This document shows, one piece after another, positions 48,901-61,935 of a DNA stretch of 64,000 nt (positions are counted from its first letter, which is position 1; each line of letters opens with the position of its first letter). The translations under genes and the position numbers were made by a program. The stretch is taken from NCBI GenBank assembly GCA_965202585.1, contig OZ241827.1, positions 86,490,001 through 86,554,000 of the forward strand. The letters are read 5' to 3'. Origin of the DNA: Thalia democratica (Eukaryota). The notes beneath the pieces are model-generated. The model did no database searches. It was not told where the DNA came from and saw nothing but the letters and a program-made list of their open reading frames with translations.

Positions 48901-51678
48901 AATTAACAACGCATTTTTGGAGGGCTCTCCGTTTACACCGTCACAGTACGCATTAGGTGTCTGCACGAACCTTAGCGGCCGCGTACTGTTTAACAAAGTA
49001 GGAAATGAGAAAACGGAAGCCGGTGTTTTTGATACCCTACGCTTTTTGTTTTCCATGTCGGGAATTTCCCGAAACCATAAGAAACACTACAACAAATCTA
49101 TATATTACGAGCCTGATTTATTTCAGTGTGAGAAGATTTGGCTCAAAAACCCCACGAAAACGCACCTCAGCCCATTATATAGCGACCCTTATCCAGTTCT
49201 AGCAGCAAGTGATTGCTCGATGATAATACAAAAAAACAGTCGTGTGGTAAAAGTTCCTATAAAATTGGTAAAGGGTTACTACCCTCGAGAAGATTTGAAT
49301 GCAAACGGGGAAAAACAGGGACGAACCCACCGCTATTACTTACGAGAACAAAATATAACTCAAAAGTACAATGAAGAAAACTCGGGAAGTGACACTGAGT
49401 AACTTATAGTTGAAGAAACGAATAACCGTCGCCTTAAATCAACAACTTTTCATTATGCGAATGTTTCTCAAAATAAACCTCGAGAGAAACCTCGATTTCA
49501 AACGATTTCTATGGTTAATAATTTGCAAAATTTTTTTTTCATTATTAAAACCATATTTTAGTGCATAATTTACGTTACTATGCATTAAACGTTAAATTCT
49601 CTGACATCTACAATTACGATTCTTTGTTATAATACATGATACTTCTAACAAAACTGAAGTTGCATATTGTATAACTTTAAACATTTCATTTCGAGTACAT
49701 TATACAAGTATTGTTGTAAACAAAAATGCGAATTTATACAGTAAACATCGAATCGACGTAGTTAAAAACGCAGTTTTGCATTGGTTGCAAGCTAGAAATA
49801 ACATACCTAATGAACAAAAAAGTATTGAATTTTTTTTTCGCTTTTGCTACTTAACTATTAGTGATTGATATCTAATACCGTCATTACTTTTATAAGCTAC
49901 TCGTGTTCTGTATATGAAATAATTTCACAACATTCTGTCTGCATACAAAAAATTACCAAATCGAAGCTAACAGGCATATGTAAACAAAGGCAAATGTTTT
50001 TTTTTCATTTGCAAACAGTTTAATTACGTCTTTTGACATCTTTTAATGGCAAACACAGTGTATTTAAAACTCAAATGTTTCCTTAAGTGATATAAAAAAG
50101 TTTCGAGTTTTAGCCGAATTCGGTTAAACCGTAAAAACCGCAAAACGAAATTTGTTTAACTACTAGATTTAGTTACATTACTTTTAAAACAAATTTCATT
50201 TCGCAGCAAATGCATTACAATAACAACTACTGAATTACAAACTAAAAGCTCGAACGTTGTTTTTAAAATGCTTCTGTGTGAAAATTTTATCGAAATTCAA
50301 GCGAAACATTGCGTTGTAAATCATTGCCACTCATAAACTTGAATCGAAACTTTCTGTTTTTACTTCAAAAAATTCAGTGTTTGAAAATTACTTTTGCAAC
50401 CACAACGATAAGTATTTTAAAGGGAGTAAGAAGTTGAAACGCTCCAAACCTCCAAACCAGAATAATTGATAAAAAAATACAACTTTTCAACGCCATTAAA
50501 AAACGTAAAATACAGCTGCATTAATTTTGAATTGTTGAAGTCTAGTAATAGATGCTTAACTTCGTGGGAAGTCGTAAAATTCGTTTCATTATTTCAATTG
50601 TTTTTTGTTTGTTACGTAAACATCGAAACAACCAAAAATAACTTTAACGATTGAAACGAAGTTACAGACTAGTAAAAATAATACATTAAAATCACATTAG
50701 CGAGTTCGAGACTAATTATCATTAGTTAACTATCGCACACGTAGCTAAAAAAACTAACTTCAGATAGTAAAAATAATGGTCGTCAATATTTTTAAACAAA
50801 AAATACTTATGTTTCTAAAAAAAGAATAGCAACTAAACCTTAGTTGAGCTTACATAGTTATGCCGAAAAATTTAAATTAAAAGGAAATTTAAGTTGCAAA
50901 CTATTGAACCTTGTTGACTATACGGTTCAAAAGTTAGTAATTTGCGAAATCTACTTGGTCTTTTCGGTAATTAAATTAGCGTTTTGTGTATCTAGGGAGT
51001 CTTTAATTTATAACGAGTTTTTTACTTGAAACGCAAGTAACTAAAAATTTAGCAAATAGCAATAAGAAGCTACTAAGTTCAATTATCGGACGAGTTTCTT
51101 TGAAAATGAAATTTTTTTTGATACAATTTTTGCTCTCATACATGCCGCCAAGTTTATTGATACTGCTTGAAAACAAGACGCGATGGGAGTTCACTTAGTC
51201 GTTATTCTCTTGTGCACTCACTTGTAAATTCTTTCTTTTGCAAATTGATGAATGCATTTCACTTTTTAAATTCATTCACTAATAGCAGTCATAGCGGTAG
51301 CACGTTGATTTTGGTATAAGTCAACATTTTAAGTTTGTTCAAAATATTCTTAACCTTATAGTTTCGTTAACTTTTTGTTTTCTTTAGAATTCATTCTAAA
51401 AATCTTGAGGTATTAATCAGCCTTATTGTAGATTCTTGTTTGAATTAAAAAAAAAACAATATTATTTTAGAGTTAACTGTCAGTGAAATACTAAATACAG
51501 CCTTCGTTAATAGCCTATTGCTACAGAATAAGGTTAAAATAGTACACTATAAAACCGAATATTCATTTTCTTCTTTAAGTAGTTTCTTTGTACCACTTCA
51601 CGTTTGTATTAATTGTATTAATTGTAATACGTTCGTGTTGGTTGTATAACGTCAGTACAACTTACCTTGTTTTTCAAA

Positions 51679-52401
51679 ATGGTCTTCGATGTAAATCGTG
51701 TATCTTCTGACCTGCAACAAGCAGCGCAGACGATACAACGTATTCGAGCGAGTCTCCAACCACGGGACTCGCACTACCGACATGCTCGCCCTATCTTTAC
51801 CGAGAGACATTACTTGGGCAATACGAGCACCTATACACACGAACCTCAAACAATCAGACGCCAACTGCCGGCGTGCAATGATGAAGATTACTGTCCTAGA
51901 CCGGGCAACAGAAGACCCCCTACAGGAAGAACTTCGCCGTTTCAAGTTAGGCAAGATCAGACGTGCAACAGCTTCACGGGACATCAAGTTCCGAGAAGAC
52001 CTCCTTGCTCAACGGAGGCAATTATATCACCTCAATCCAGATTTAGCAGTGACTCCGATTCGCCTAACGGCGAAGGAGCACCTCTTGACTGGGCAGTGAT
52101 GCTGTCCGACGCCATTTCATGGCTGTCGGACGCCATCAGAGGGTGGCAAGCAGCCTTTCAGGCCTCGCACCTAACCCCTCTAACTGCTGAGGAAAGAACA
52201 AAACTTTCGTTCCTCAGAGTGATGAACAATTCTCTGGGGAATCAGATTAGCTTCATGTTGAACATGGACGACGTGAGCCGCAGTAAAGTCGAACGTGTCC
52301 AAGTAAAACATGAATCGTCCACCCAGACACTGGGTAACGACGGTGCAGCAAGTCTTACGTCAGGGAATTCCCCTGACGTGATAGAAGACAATGCCACTTA
52401 A
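51679..52401 (+). CDS. Accessory ORF inside the LTR element, 240 aa, unknown function
   Basis: ATG in AAAATGG context; GC-rich island between integrase and the 3' LTR; no signal peptide or TM segment; overlapped by a second open frame 51698-52099. Confidence 0.55.
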   Translation: MVFDVNRVSSDLQQAAQTIQRIRASLQPRDSHYRHARPIFTERHYLGNTSTYTHEPQTIRRQLPACNDEDYCPRPGNRRPPTGRTSPFQVRQDQTCNSFTGHQVPRRPPCSTEAIISPQSRFSSDSDSPNGEGAPLDWAVMLSDAISWLSDAIRGWQAAFQASHLTPLTAEERTKLSFLRVMNNSLGNQISFMLNMDDVSRSKVERVQVKHESSTQTLGNDGAASLTSGNSPDVIEDNAT

Positions 52402-53289
52402 CAGCGTTGGTATGTGTTCCGATTCTGTACATAGTGTTTTGCTCACCAAAAACTTAATTAACAACTTGGTCTCAATGTTTATTGAACCATGTTTAGACCA
52501 TTGACCATGTCTTGGTTTAAATGTTGATTAAATTCACATCGTAATATTGTGTATATAATCATAAATATTTCTTTCAAATAACTAGTTTTCCTTGATATCA
52601 AATTAACACCAAACAGCTAATTTTTTTCGTTTACTTCTTATACAATATTTACATTTGCTATTAAGTCAATTTACAACTTAGTTTAATTTTTATTGGACCA
52701 TAATTATACCATTGACCATGTTCTGGTTTATAGTAATTGATTTTGCATTGCATATAGTTTATACATAACTACGAATGATTCACCATATCTAATAAATTGA
52801 TATTTTCGTTCGTACCTCAAAAATTAACCCATTCATTGAATGGCTTAAATTATCGATATCTGTCAACATATTTATCTAATCTTAGACTGAAGTATCACTC
52901 CCACTAATGCTATGAGAACATTCCTAAGATCTGTCATCATCAGATACGACTTGGTTTTCACATTATGTAAAAATCTTATTTACTTCTACTCTCCCAAAGC
53001 TACCTTTGACCACAAGGAAAGCGAAATAAGAGAGGAATTGCGAAGGCATCAATCAGAAATTTGTCGCTCTCCAGAGCGACGTTAACGGTTTACACCTGGG
53101 AAGTTTGAAGATCTTTTCGGAAATAAATACGTTAAAAGAGAACGGCAACACAGTTGCCAATCGGCAAACCACCAGTCGCGGTAAAAAAAAAGACTGGTGG
53201 TAAAACAAACAGATCGCGAAGAGGTCAAACCGATTTAACCCAGGGCCAGAGAAGCGAGACAATCAAGCCAGAGGATCAGTGTTCCACTC

Positions 53290-53410
53290 CAGCAACAACC
53301 AGTCGGACATCAACAACCAGTCGAACAGCAACAACCAGCCGGGCAGCAACAACCAGCCGGGCAGCAACATCCAGTTGGGCAGCAACAACCAGCAGGGCAG
53401 CAACAACTGG
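53290..53410 (+). repeat. 18-bp tandem repeat x6.5 (CAGCAACAACCAGCCGGG)
   Basis: All three frames are open across it (QQQPAG / ATTSRA / SNNQPG). Confidence 0.9.
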
Positions 53411-53559
53411 ACACAGGAGGACCAGCGAGAGGTAATCCAGAAGAAAAGAAAAAGACATTTTAACAATTGACGATTAAACGCACGCGAATAACGCGCAATA
53501 GGGACCAATTTTTTTGTTTTTTTTTGATTAACTTTTTATTCCTTATAGCACTACGTTTT

Positions 53560-54035
53560 ATAGATTTTTTGGAGAAATTTCTCTAACGTTTTTGAACAAT
53601 TTTAAATGAAGTAAATATTGTTAGTATTAATCACTTCACTTTAATGTACTAGAGCTTTAACTTTTTAGATAAATTTCTCTAACGTTTTATAAACAATTTT
53701 AAATGAGGTAAATATTGTTAGTATTAATCACTTCACTTTAATGTATTAGTGCTTAAACTTTTTAGAGAAATTTTTCTGAAGTTATAGACAATTTAAAAAA
53801 GCAAATGTTGTTAGTATTAACCACTTCACTCTAATGTATTAGTGCTTAAACTTTTTAGATAAATTTTTCTGAAGTTTTATAGACAATTTAAAAAAGTAAA
53901 TGTTGTTAGTATTAACCACTTCACTCTAATGTATTAGTGCTTTAACTTTTTAGATAAAATTTTCTAATGTTTTATAGACAATTTAAAATAAATAAATGTT
54001 GTTAGCATTAATCACTTCACTCTAAAGTATAGTGT
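53560..54035 (+). repeat. ~95-bp tandem repeat x5 in the element's 3' region
   Basis: GTTAGTATTAA(T/C)CACTTCACT at 53620, 53717, 53810, 53905 and 54001. Confidence 0.9.
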
Positions 54036-54705
54036 CCTTAACAAGTTTTGCCTTTTATAGCGTGCGTTTTCTTGTTAATTGCCGTACTGTCCATGTTAAC
54101 AGAGTTTTACAAATTTCTGAAATTTAACATCTAACAGATTTTTTTTCAAAGTAATTCTACTTTGTGTATACTCTATATCAGTATTCATGTTCTTTACAGA
54201 TTAAGAACTTTCGATAATTAATCAATGATATCGTATTATTGTAAATTGTACTTCTCATATGTGTTTTAGATTTTTGTTATTAGATATTAAAAACTTGATT
54301 TTAAGGGTTTCTTAAAAAGTTTAGAACGTTTTTCAGATAATGTTGTCTAGCTGTTATGTTTTGTTAGATTCTGCAATCTTTACCTTAGATTAAATTTAAA
54401 GATTTTTTTAGTACCAACCATTGATGTAAGTTGAAACCACTTTTACATTAAACTCTACCAAATACCAAATCGTTTTCCACTACAAGTGGTTTGTAAATTA
54501 CTTTTTGTATTTGTGAATTTGTTTGTGAATTTGTAAATTACTGGGTTATAATACCTTTGCATGTTTAGTTTTTTTCTTTTCACTTTTTTGCGTTAGTATT
54601 ATCAAAGCTCAGGAATTAGTAATTGACCACACAAATCCACGGCATTCAGAAAGAAGGACCCTGTCCTGTTATTTCTTTAAAAAAAAATAAAAATAATTAA
54701 AATTT

Positions 54706-54724
54706 AGGGGATGGCAGGTGGCGG
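54706..54724 (+). promoter_or_regulatory. Polypurine tract
   Basis: AGGGGATGGCAGGTGGCGG abuts the TG of the 3' LTR. Confidence 0.75.
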
Positions 54725-55913
54725 TGTAAGCATTGCGCCTGCTTCGCACTGCTTTTTTGAAGAGAAGAGAGAAATCTTTTTTCTTCGAAAAGCAGACTGC
54801 ATAAAAATAGACGTCGCAAGAAGGGCGTAGGCATTGTTATTACACATTCAGCGAAGAGGCATTCTTATTAGGCATTGTTTATTACACATTCAGCGAAGAG
54901 GCATTCTTATTATACAGTCAGCGAAGACGCTCGATTTAGGCTTTTGAGTTTCACACTTTCAACGGAGACATTTGTCTTACATTCAGCGAAGAGACTTATT
55001 TTTCACGTAGCCAGTCCGCATAGACGTTTGATCGAGAGATTCAGTTTCAACCCGAAACGAATACCGGCGTTAGAAACCAGCTCGAGACTTGTAGTAGTAA
55101 GTCTAGCGATTTGTTGTGGTAACTTAGTTCCTGAGCTTTTGACCTGCACGAGTGTGAGTGTCTCTTTTTTGTATCGTATTAGTAGTTTTAAGTGTAAAAT
55201 AAGTTTTGATTTAATAATTCACTATCTAACAGTTTAATATAACTAACTAAATTTAAAGTTATCTAAGTTAGAATATAGTAAGTTAACGGTTGATTACGAA
55301 AGTAGCATTTGTTAAGTATTTACTAATTTTTAATTGACTACGGTAAGTGGTCAATATTATACTAAGTCGAGCCTCGTTTAACCATACCTTGTTTCCAGTT
55401 CGCATTACTGAGCTCATTCTCGGTTAAGTGCGGTGAAAAATCAACAGTTCGCATTACTGAGTCCCAACTTGGTTAATTGCGTAGAATTCGTACCAATTCG
55501 CTTACTGAGCGTTGACTCGGTTAATTGCGGAGAATTCTTACCTGTTTGCATTTCTGAGTTCTATCTCGGTTAATTGCAATTGATTTCTTCACGGAAACTC
55601 TCCGGTTGGTTATTTCCTTGAAGAATGAGTTCCAAAAATAGGAATCCCAAAGCCATGTCAGCAACCCGCATCACTGACATGGTCAAGAAGCACACGAAGC
55701 GTGCACACTCGGCCGATAAAGCGTCTAGCTTTAAGAGGCGAGACCAACAAAGTAACTCCGAGCTGTTAGCAGATTCTCACATACCAACATCCAAATCTAA
55801 TACTGCACAAACTGCAACTACAACTCAGGAAACATTCAAAGCAGATCCTAACAATATACACAATAGACAAATAAACAAAGAAGAAAACAGAGAATCAACA
55901 GCAGAGGGTTATA
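54725..55913 (+). repeat. 3' LTR (1189 bp)
   Basis: Copy of 42193-43381, followed by TSD TCAA; includes the first 96 codons of gag. Confidence 0.92.
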
Positions 55914-57678
55914 TCAATTAAAAAAAAGGTGGATCCTTAACATTTTTTTAATGTAAAACAAAAAACACTTGAAAATAAGTTTAACTCCCTGTTTTATTGG
56001 TATAACTTAACATCTAAAATACTTTAGTCGTTTTTTACAGGACATTATCCAACTGGACAAAATTTCCGCTTGATATATGGCTAAAAAACCAAGGAGTTTA
56101 AACTAACCAAACTGGAAAAATTTAAACTGGTCAAAAAGTTTTTCTGCAAAATATTATAAAAAATATAAAGAAATAAAAAATAATTAAGCTTAAATTTTAA
56201 CAATGTAATTATGATTTTCGTTAAAAGTTATTAATAAGTATATAAGCTAAAATACACACGTAATATCGCTATAAAAAAATTAAACAAAACTAAAAAATAT
56301 TCTCAAATAAAAAATACTATTGTAATTCGTTAAAAACATTGTAATTGTAATATAAAAGTGTGTTAATTAACTGTTTTTTTAGTGCAGATTTCAATAAAAA
56401 TTACTTTAACTTTTGTCTTTGTCAAATATGAAAGCTTAAAATTTGACATAAAAACACTAGTATAGTTTCTTTTTCGGCATATATACTAATCTTATATATG
56501 TTCTGAAATAAACTAATACTTTATTAAAAAGTTTCAAACTTTGTAATTGTGTTATCAAACTGCTTATCTAGCGTTTATTTCAATAAATAAACATACGTTT
56601 AGGCCAGCATCTTGTACTGGGTTGACTTTTTTTTATAATCGAGTGTCGCTTATAATAATAATAGTCCTATATTCTTTTTGTACTTGTTAAATACACAATC
56701 TACACTCATAACTTTTACCTAGAGTGCAATTTTTCAAGAAGGCAATATGAAAAAGACTAATTACCTTTATTATGTATTCAGATACCTCTTAATCATTTTA
56801 TAGACTGTGTATGACATTTGTACCTCCATTTTCAGAAAATTTACAAACATTGGTTTCTATTTATTTTTCTAATTGTTTTGTCATCTTCGTTTCCAAGTAA
56901 AACTTATTCGATATTAGTTTGCTCACAATCCGCACATTAAATCAAATTTATTAATATAAACATAAATAGTTTAGCAAAGTAAACTTACAAATAGCTTAAA
57001 GTTTTTGTTTCTGTCCTTAAACACCGAAACAATTTATCTGGTCGTTTAATTTTTGCATTTTCCTAAATGAGCCCCTTTTCACTCCTTATAAACTTTTGTA
57101 AAAGACAGCCTTCAAAAATTTTAACATCTAACAAAATAATTTTTGATAAATGGTAAATAAATAAAACGAAAAGCTTAAAGAATTAACTAAAAGCTTGTCC
57201 TAATAACAATTTTAAACATAGGTTTTAAAATTTAACATTGCAATAAATATAATGGTGTTGTCAACTTTTTGGTAACTTTATTGTTAATATTATCTCAATA
57301 ACCTGGTCGTGTAACACATTTCCTGGTTTTAAAGTTTTGTACTCATTGTTATTTATTTATAAAACTGTCGTTTCATCATTAATTTAAGCTTAATATTAGA
57401 TAACACTTACAAAAACTTTACTTTCTTTAGCTTGCATAATTTTTAAGATTATATATTGCAATGAACTATTAACTCTTTTAGAAGCTACATAATTATTAAT
57501 ATACCGAACCTTTTTTTTTTGTAGTATTAAGGCTTATAGTGTCACATTTCAAAGTCTTGCAGTGTTCCATCAAGTGGAATCTTTTTATAAGATTTAAAAA
57601 AAAAACTTAATAGTCAAACTTCTCACCTTGAATTTATGTTAATAAAATCTTTTGTTTGATTAATTTCATCGTCTAGGT

Positions 57679-57924
57679 CAGGGTTTCCCAAACTTTTTTT
57701 CAAAGGGCCCTCTTTAAAAAAATTAAAAAAGCTATGGCCCTCCCTAATAACATTTCTCAAAAAACTACCATTACAAACGCCCAATTCCTTTTTTTTTTTG
57801 CTTTTTGTCATCAACTCAAGAATATCTATTGAAGTTTAAATATATGACCTAATTACCCTCCTTTTGACCCCTTTGCCGCTCATGGCCCCCAATGGGGGTA
57901 CTTAGCCCAGTTTGGTAAATCCTA
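57679..57924 (+). mobile_element. MITE, CAGGGTTTCCCAAAC family
   Basis: CAGGGTTTCCCAAAC ... GTTTGGTAAATCCTA. Confidence 0.7.
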
Positions 57925-58129
57925 ACTTTAATTCTTATACGTACATAAAATTATTAAAGTTTGTTGTGTAAAATAGAGCATGTAGAACAAAAATGTAAAA
58001 AAAAGGTAACAATTAGTTAAATGAAACTTGTGAATCGCGCAGTGCACTCTTTATTCAATATATCTCTCTTTTAATAGTAAGAGTAAATCTCTCATTTTTG
58101 TCAGTTTTTCTCTTTTATTATGCTTTGAT

Positions 58130-61100
58130 TGAATGTCTCATTTAGCTAGTCATTTACAAACATTCTAATGTTTCTTGCATAAATAAACAAACTTTTCTGT
58201 TTAGTAACAACCAATCATTTGCATTTTGCTTATGATTAACCCCAGATGCGCTGAGTAACAAACACTCATCGCATTTTTGGTTAATCAATGAGTAAGGTAG
58301 CAAAACATCTACAATAAACCGGAAGCGTAAGCTTTCTTTTATATAAACAAAGTAATTTTTTTGTTATGATAAGAAAATGTAAGAAGGTGAATTAATATAA
58401 AATTACTAAAGTAGTCTTTTTTATAGTCTGTTATTAGCTAAATTTGTAAATAACGTTAAAAAAAAGTATTTAAAATATCATTGTAGCAATTAAAGAAAAA
58501 AAGTACTAACTCTAAGTAACCTGTGTTTTAGTAATTCTATTTATATAATTTGAATGAATAATGAAAGAAAGAATGTTATCAAAGTTTTTAATATTTGTTT
58601 TACACAGTGGACCCGCTACTGGAAGCAGAAAATATTCATTATAAGTTATTTTAAAAAACTAGTTGACGTGTTGTCAATATATTAATGTTTTAGAGTTTAA
58701 TTTTCTTGCATAAATAACCAAAGTTGCTTGTTTAATAAGCAACTATCCATTTGCATCTTGCTTATGATTAGCCCCAGATGCGCTGAACAATAAACATCCA
58801 CCGCATTTTCAGTTAATCAATGAACAAGGTAGCAAAACATCTACAATAAACCGGAAGCGTAAGCTTTCTTTAAAAAACAAGGTAAAGTTTTTGTGTTGTT
58901 AAGAAAATATAAGAAGGAAAGTTAATATAAGCTAATAAAGTAGTTTTTTTAATAATGTGCTATAACTGTAAATGACGTTGGAAATAATTATTTAATATAT
59001 CTTTAAAGCAGTTAAAAAATACTGACTTTAAGTAAGCTATGTTTATTTAATTATATATATATACTTTTAATGAAGAATGAAAAAAAGATTCTTATCAAAA
59101 CCTTTAATATCGGTTTCACACCGTGGACCCACAACTGGAAGCAGAAAATATTTATCACAAATTACTTTTGAAAAACTAGTTGACTAATTGTCAATATATT
59201 TTTTTCAGAATAAAAAATCCAACTGAAATTATGCCAGTTGGTGCAAAGCTATTTGAGCAGTTTTTGTTTAATATATTATTGATAAGTTTAAACTCGTATA
59301 CAATTTTTTAATTTTTTATAAGTTATAATAATCGTACATCAGTATTACGAAAAAATTTTAAATAAAATTCAATTCAAGTCTTGAACGCTGGATAAAATAG
59401 TTTTAATACTATACTTTTTATGACTTTTTTACCTATAAAAACAAAAAAATAAGTCTACATTAAAATTAATGTTTTCATAAACGTTTTTAACTGTTTCTTA
59501 TTGTAATTAAAAAAGTTGTAGTAACTTCTATTGTAAGTTAATGATAATATATGAACACAATTTTTATAGTTTTGCTTAAATGTAGCAAAAGCTGTATATA
59601 TGTATACTTTGAAATAATTATATATTCTACATTTTTATGTCTTTTTAAAGGATTTTTTTTGGAATAGCAGTTAATGTAAATCACTACTAGTTCTGATGTG
59701 ATTGATATAAATTATTGATCATTCTAATAATTAAAACTTAAAACTAATACGTATTTTTAAATAACTTCTTTTTTTGTTGAGTTATATAGTGTTAGTTTTT
59801 ATTAAATGCACTATGAGTTTAGTACTAAAATATATAGTGTTTAAAAAACACGAATAAGCTGCAGGCTTAAGAAAAACTTAGCATAATTTTCATTAGCTAC
59901 ATTTTTAACTATTGTTAAAATAACTATGTTATTTATTAAACCAACCTTCAAAACTACATGTTAAAAACATCTTCAAGAACATTGTCGTAACACATCTAGT
60001 AAGCTCTTTACTAACTTGTAAAGCATGTTGTAATATAAAACTTTTTAAGTACATCTTTTTTTAATCTAACCAAAGTTAATCATGATAATTTCAAACAATT
60101 ATGATAACTCAATTCTAATTTTAAGTCATTTATCTTAAAAATTTACGTTTTTTAAGTCTTTTTTTATAAACAAATTAGTTATTTGGGGATTAATGTAGAT
60201 CGGTCTTTTAATTTAAATATTGAGTAGTCTGAAACATAAATTTTTAAAGTTAAATAGAAAATAATTATGAGTATTGAAATGTTTAAAACTCGGCTAGTGT
60301 ACTTAATTATTAAATTTTTCAAAATTTTTGATTACTTCTTAACATTGTGTACTAAACCAATTGAATTTTTAATTCTATGAAACTTTTTATTTGTCTATGA
60401 GATGTAAATAAAATGTTTTTATTAGTAGTATTGTAGCTATTTTTGAAACAGAATTTATAATAAACCCCTTTTACGTATGTAAATTGAATATAGTTTTTTT
60501 TTAAAGGTAAGCACAGGACAGTAAAAAATATTTTAAGTATTCTAAAGGTAAAATTATGCTATTACATTTTTTTGTCTGTTTTTAACCCTTTACTGTTATG
60601 CCCTTTATTGTAAGATCAAGGGTGCCAAACAAGAGTTTTAAGCAGATTTATAGCTGGAAACAATTTATGTAAAACATATAAAACTGAGCTTTTAAATATA
60701 AGTATTACTAAATAAGCTCTTAATTTAATTTGTAGTACACTTCTCAGTATTGCTTAACTAATAATAATTTATAATACTTTTATTTCTAAAGAGATTATTT
60801 TACTGTGTAAATTTTCAAAATTATGCTGCCTGCGAAGACATTTTGAAAAAGTCCAGTCCGCTAAATAATTTTTCTGATAAATCATGTCCGCAGATCAGAA
60901 AGGTTGTTCATTTTCAAATAGCGTAGCTAATTTAGCTGTCTCATTTTTGTAAGTAACTCTCTTTTTTATGCATGAAAGATATCCTGTCTCATTTAACTTG
61001 TCATCAACCAATATTTTAATATTTCTTGCATTTATAACCAAAGTTCCCTGTTTACATATTAACCATTCATTTGCATTTTGCTTAAGATTAACCCCAAATG

Positions 61101-61935
61101 CGCTGAATAATAAACATTCATCGCATTTTCGGTTAACCTATGAGTAAGGTAGCAAAATATCTACAATAAACCGGAAGCGTAAGCTTTCTTTAAAGAAAAA
61201 CTAAGTAAAGATTTCTCACGATAAAAAAATGGAAGCGAGAGATTATTATAATAAAGTAGTTTTTTTAAATAGTGTGGTGTTACTTGCTGAAACTGTAAAT
61301 GTTGTTGAAAAATATTATCAAAAATATCATTGAAGCAATTTAAGAAATAAATTACTAACTCTAAGTAATCTATGTTTGTGTAATTATTTGTAGTTCTATA
61401 TAATCTTCATACATAATTTTGATAAAGAATATAAAAAAAATATCAAATTTTTTAAAATTTATTTTACACAATGAATCCGCTACTAGTAACAGAACATATT
61501 CATCATACATTGTTTTTAAAAACTAGTGAACTACTAGTCAATATATTAATGATTTAGAATTCAAACTCAAACTGAAGTTATGCCAGTTGGCGCAAAGCTA
61601 TTTGAACAGTTTAGTTTATTACATTATTGATAAGTTTAAAGTCGTATACAAGTTTTCAGAAATTTTAATAATCGTACATCATTAAAATTTGGTATATTGA
61701 AAAAGACTTAATTCATAATCTTTTGGATAGAATAGTTTTTAATACTATAGTTCTCTTGAACTTTTACCAAGAAAAACAAAAAAATAAGTCTACATTAAAA
61801 TTAATGCTATTCTTAAACACTTTCAACTGTTTAAAGACAAAATAAATTATTTTATAGTAATTTCTAAAGTTAGTTAATGATAATTCATAAGCACAACTTT
61901 TGTAATTTTGCTTAAATGAACCATAAGCTTTATGT
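58130..61935 (+). repeat. Triplicated segment (units ~58130-58680, ~58680-59640, ~60980-61935)
   Basis: Shared hairpin block, shared CTACAATAAACCGGAAGCGTAAGCTTTCTTT, and downstream TTT(T/C)ACAC..TG(G/A)A(C/T)CC..ACT block. Confidence 0.85.

Larger units (their letters stand above)
45042..49402 (+). pseudogene. pol: Pol (protease, RT, RNase H, integrase) with one frameshift (~45326) and one nonsense codon (47765-47767)
   Basis: PR IIDSGAEISLIP; RT RICVDYSFLN, LDLKEAYY, FGLKNAP, YLDDILVFS; RH YCDASDTHIGAVLEQ continuing in the same frame past TAA into TFYKELRAL..IRTDS..NQGADYMSR; IN HGYIHLG..CKTCVDC, HMDLVGP, TDNGKEF, NGIIERQHRT. Confidence 0.92.
42193..55913 (+). mobile_element. Full-length Ty3/Gypsy LTR retrotransposon (CsRn1-like), 13.7 kb
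   Basis: Paired LTRs; 4-bp TSD TCAA (42189-42192, 55914-55917); PBS; PPT; gag and PR-RT-RH-IN order. The CsRn1-like call rests on recalled gag and integrase motifs and the 4-bp TSD. Confidence 0.95.

Noticed and set aside
43867-49202. Many short alternative-frame and antisense ORFs over gag/pol
   Set aside because: Expected shadows of long coding or repetitive sequence; no independent motifs.
51200-51670. Antisense spliced gene within the LTR element (minus-strand donors at ~51218 and ~51665)
   Set aside because: The candidate minus exons contain stops in all frames tried.
51679-52401. env gene
   Set aside because: No signal peptide, furin site/fusion peptide arrangement or transmembrane anchor.
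54725-55921. Start of a second, head-to-tail Gypsy copy (LTR + gag start)
   Set aside because: Homology stops exactly at GGTTATA, where the 5' copy continues into the PBS and this copy into the TCAA TSD; it is the 3' LTR.
61130-61160. Resemblance to the U12 snRNA 5' end (TATGAGTAAGG..AAAAT)
   Set aside because: The match is short and interrupted; there is no Sm site or U12 3' stem-loops, and the segment is the 3' arm of a larger hairpin.
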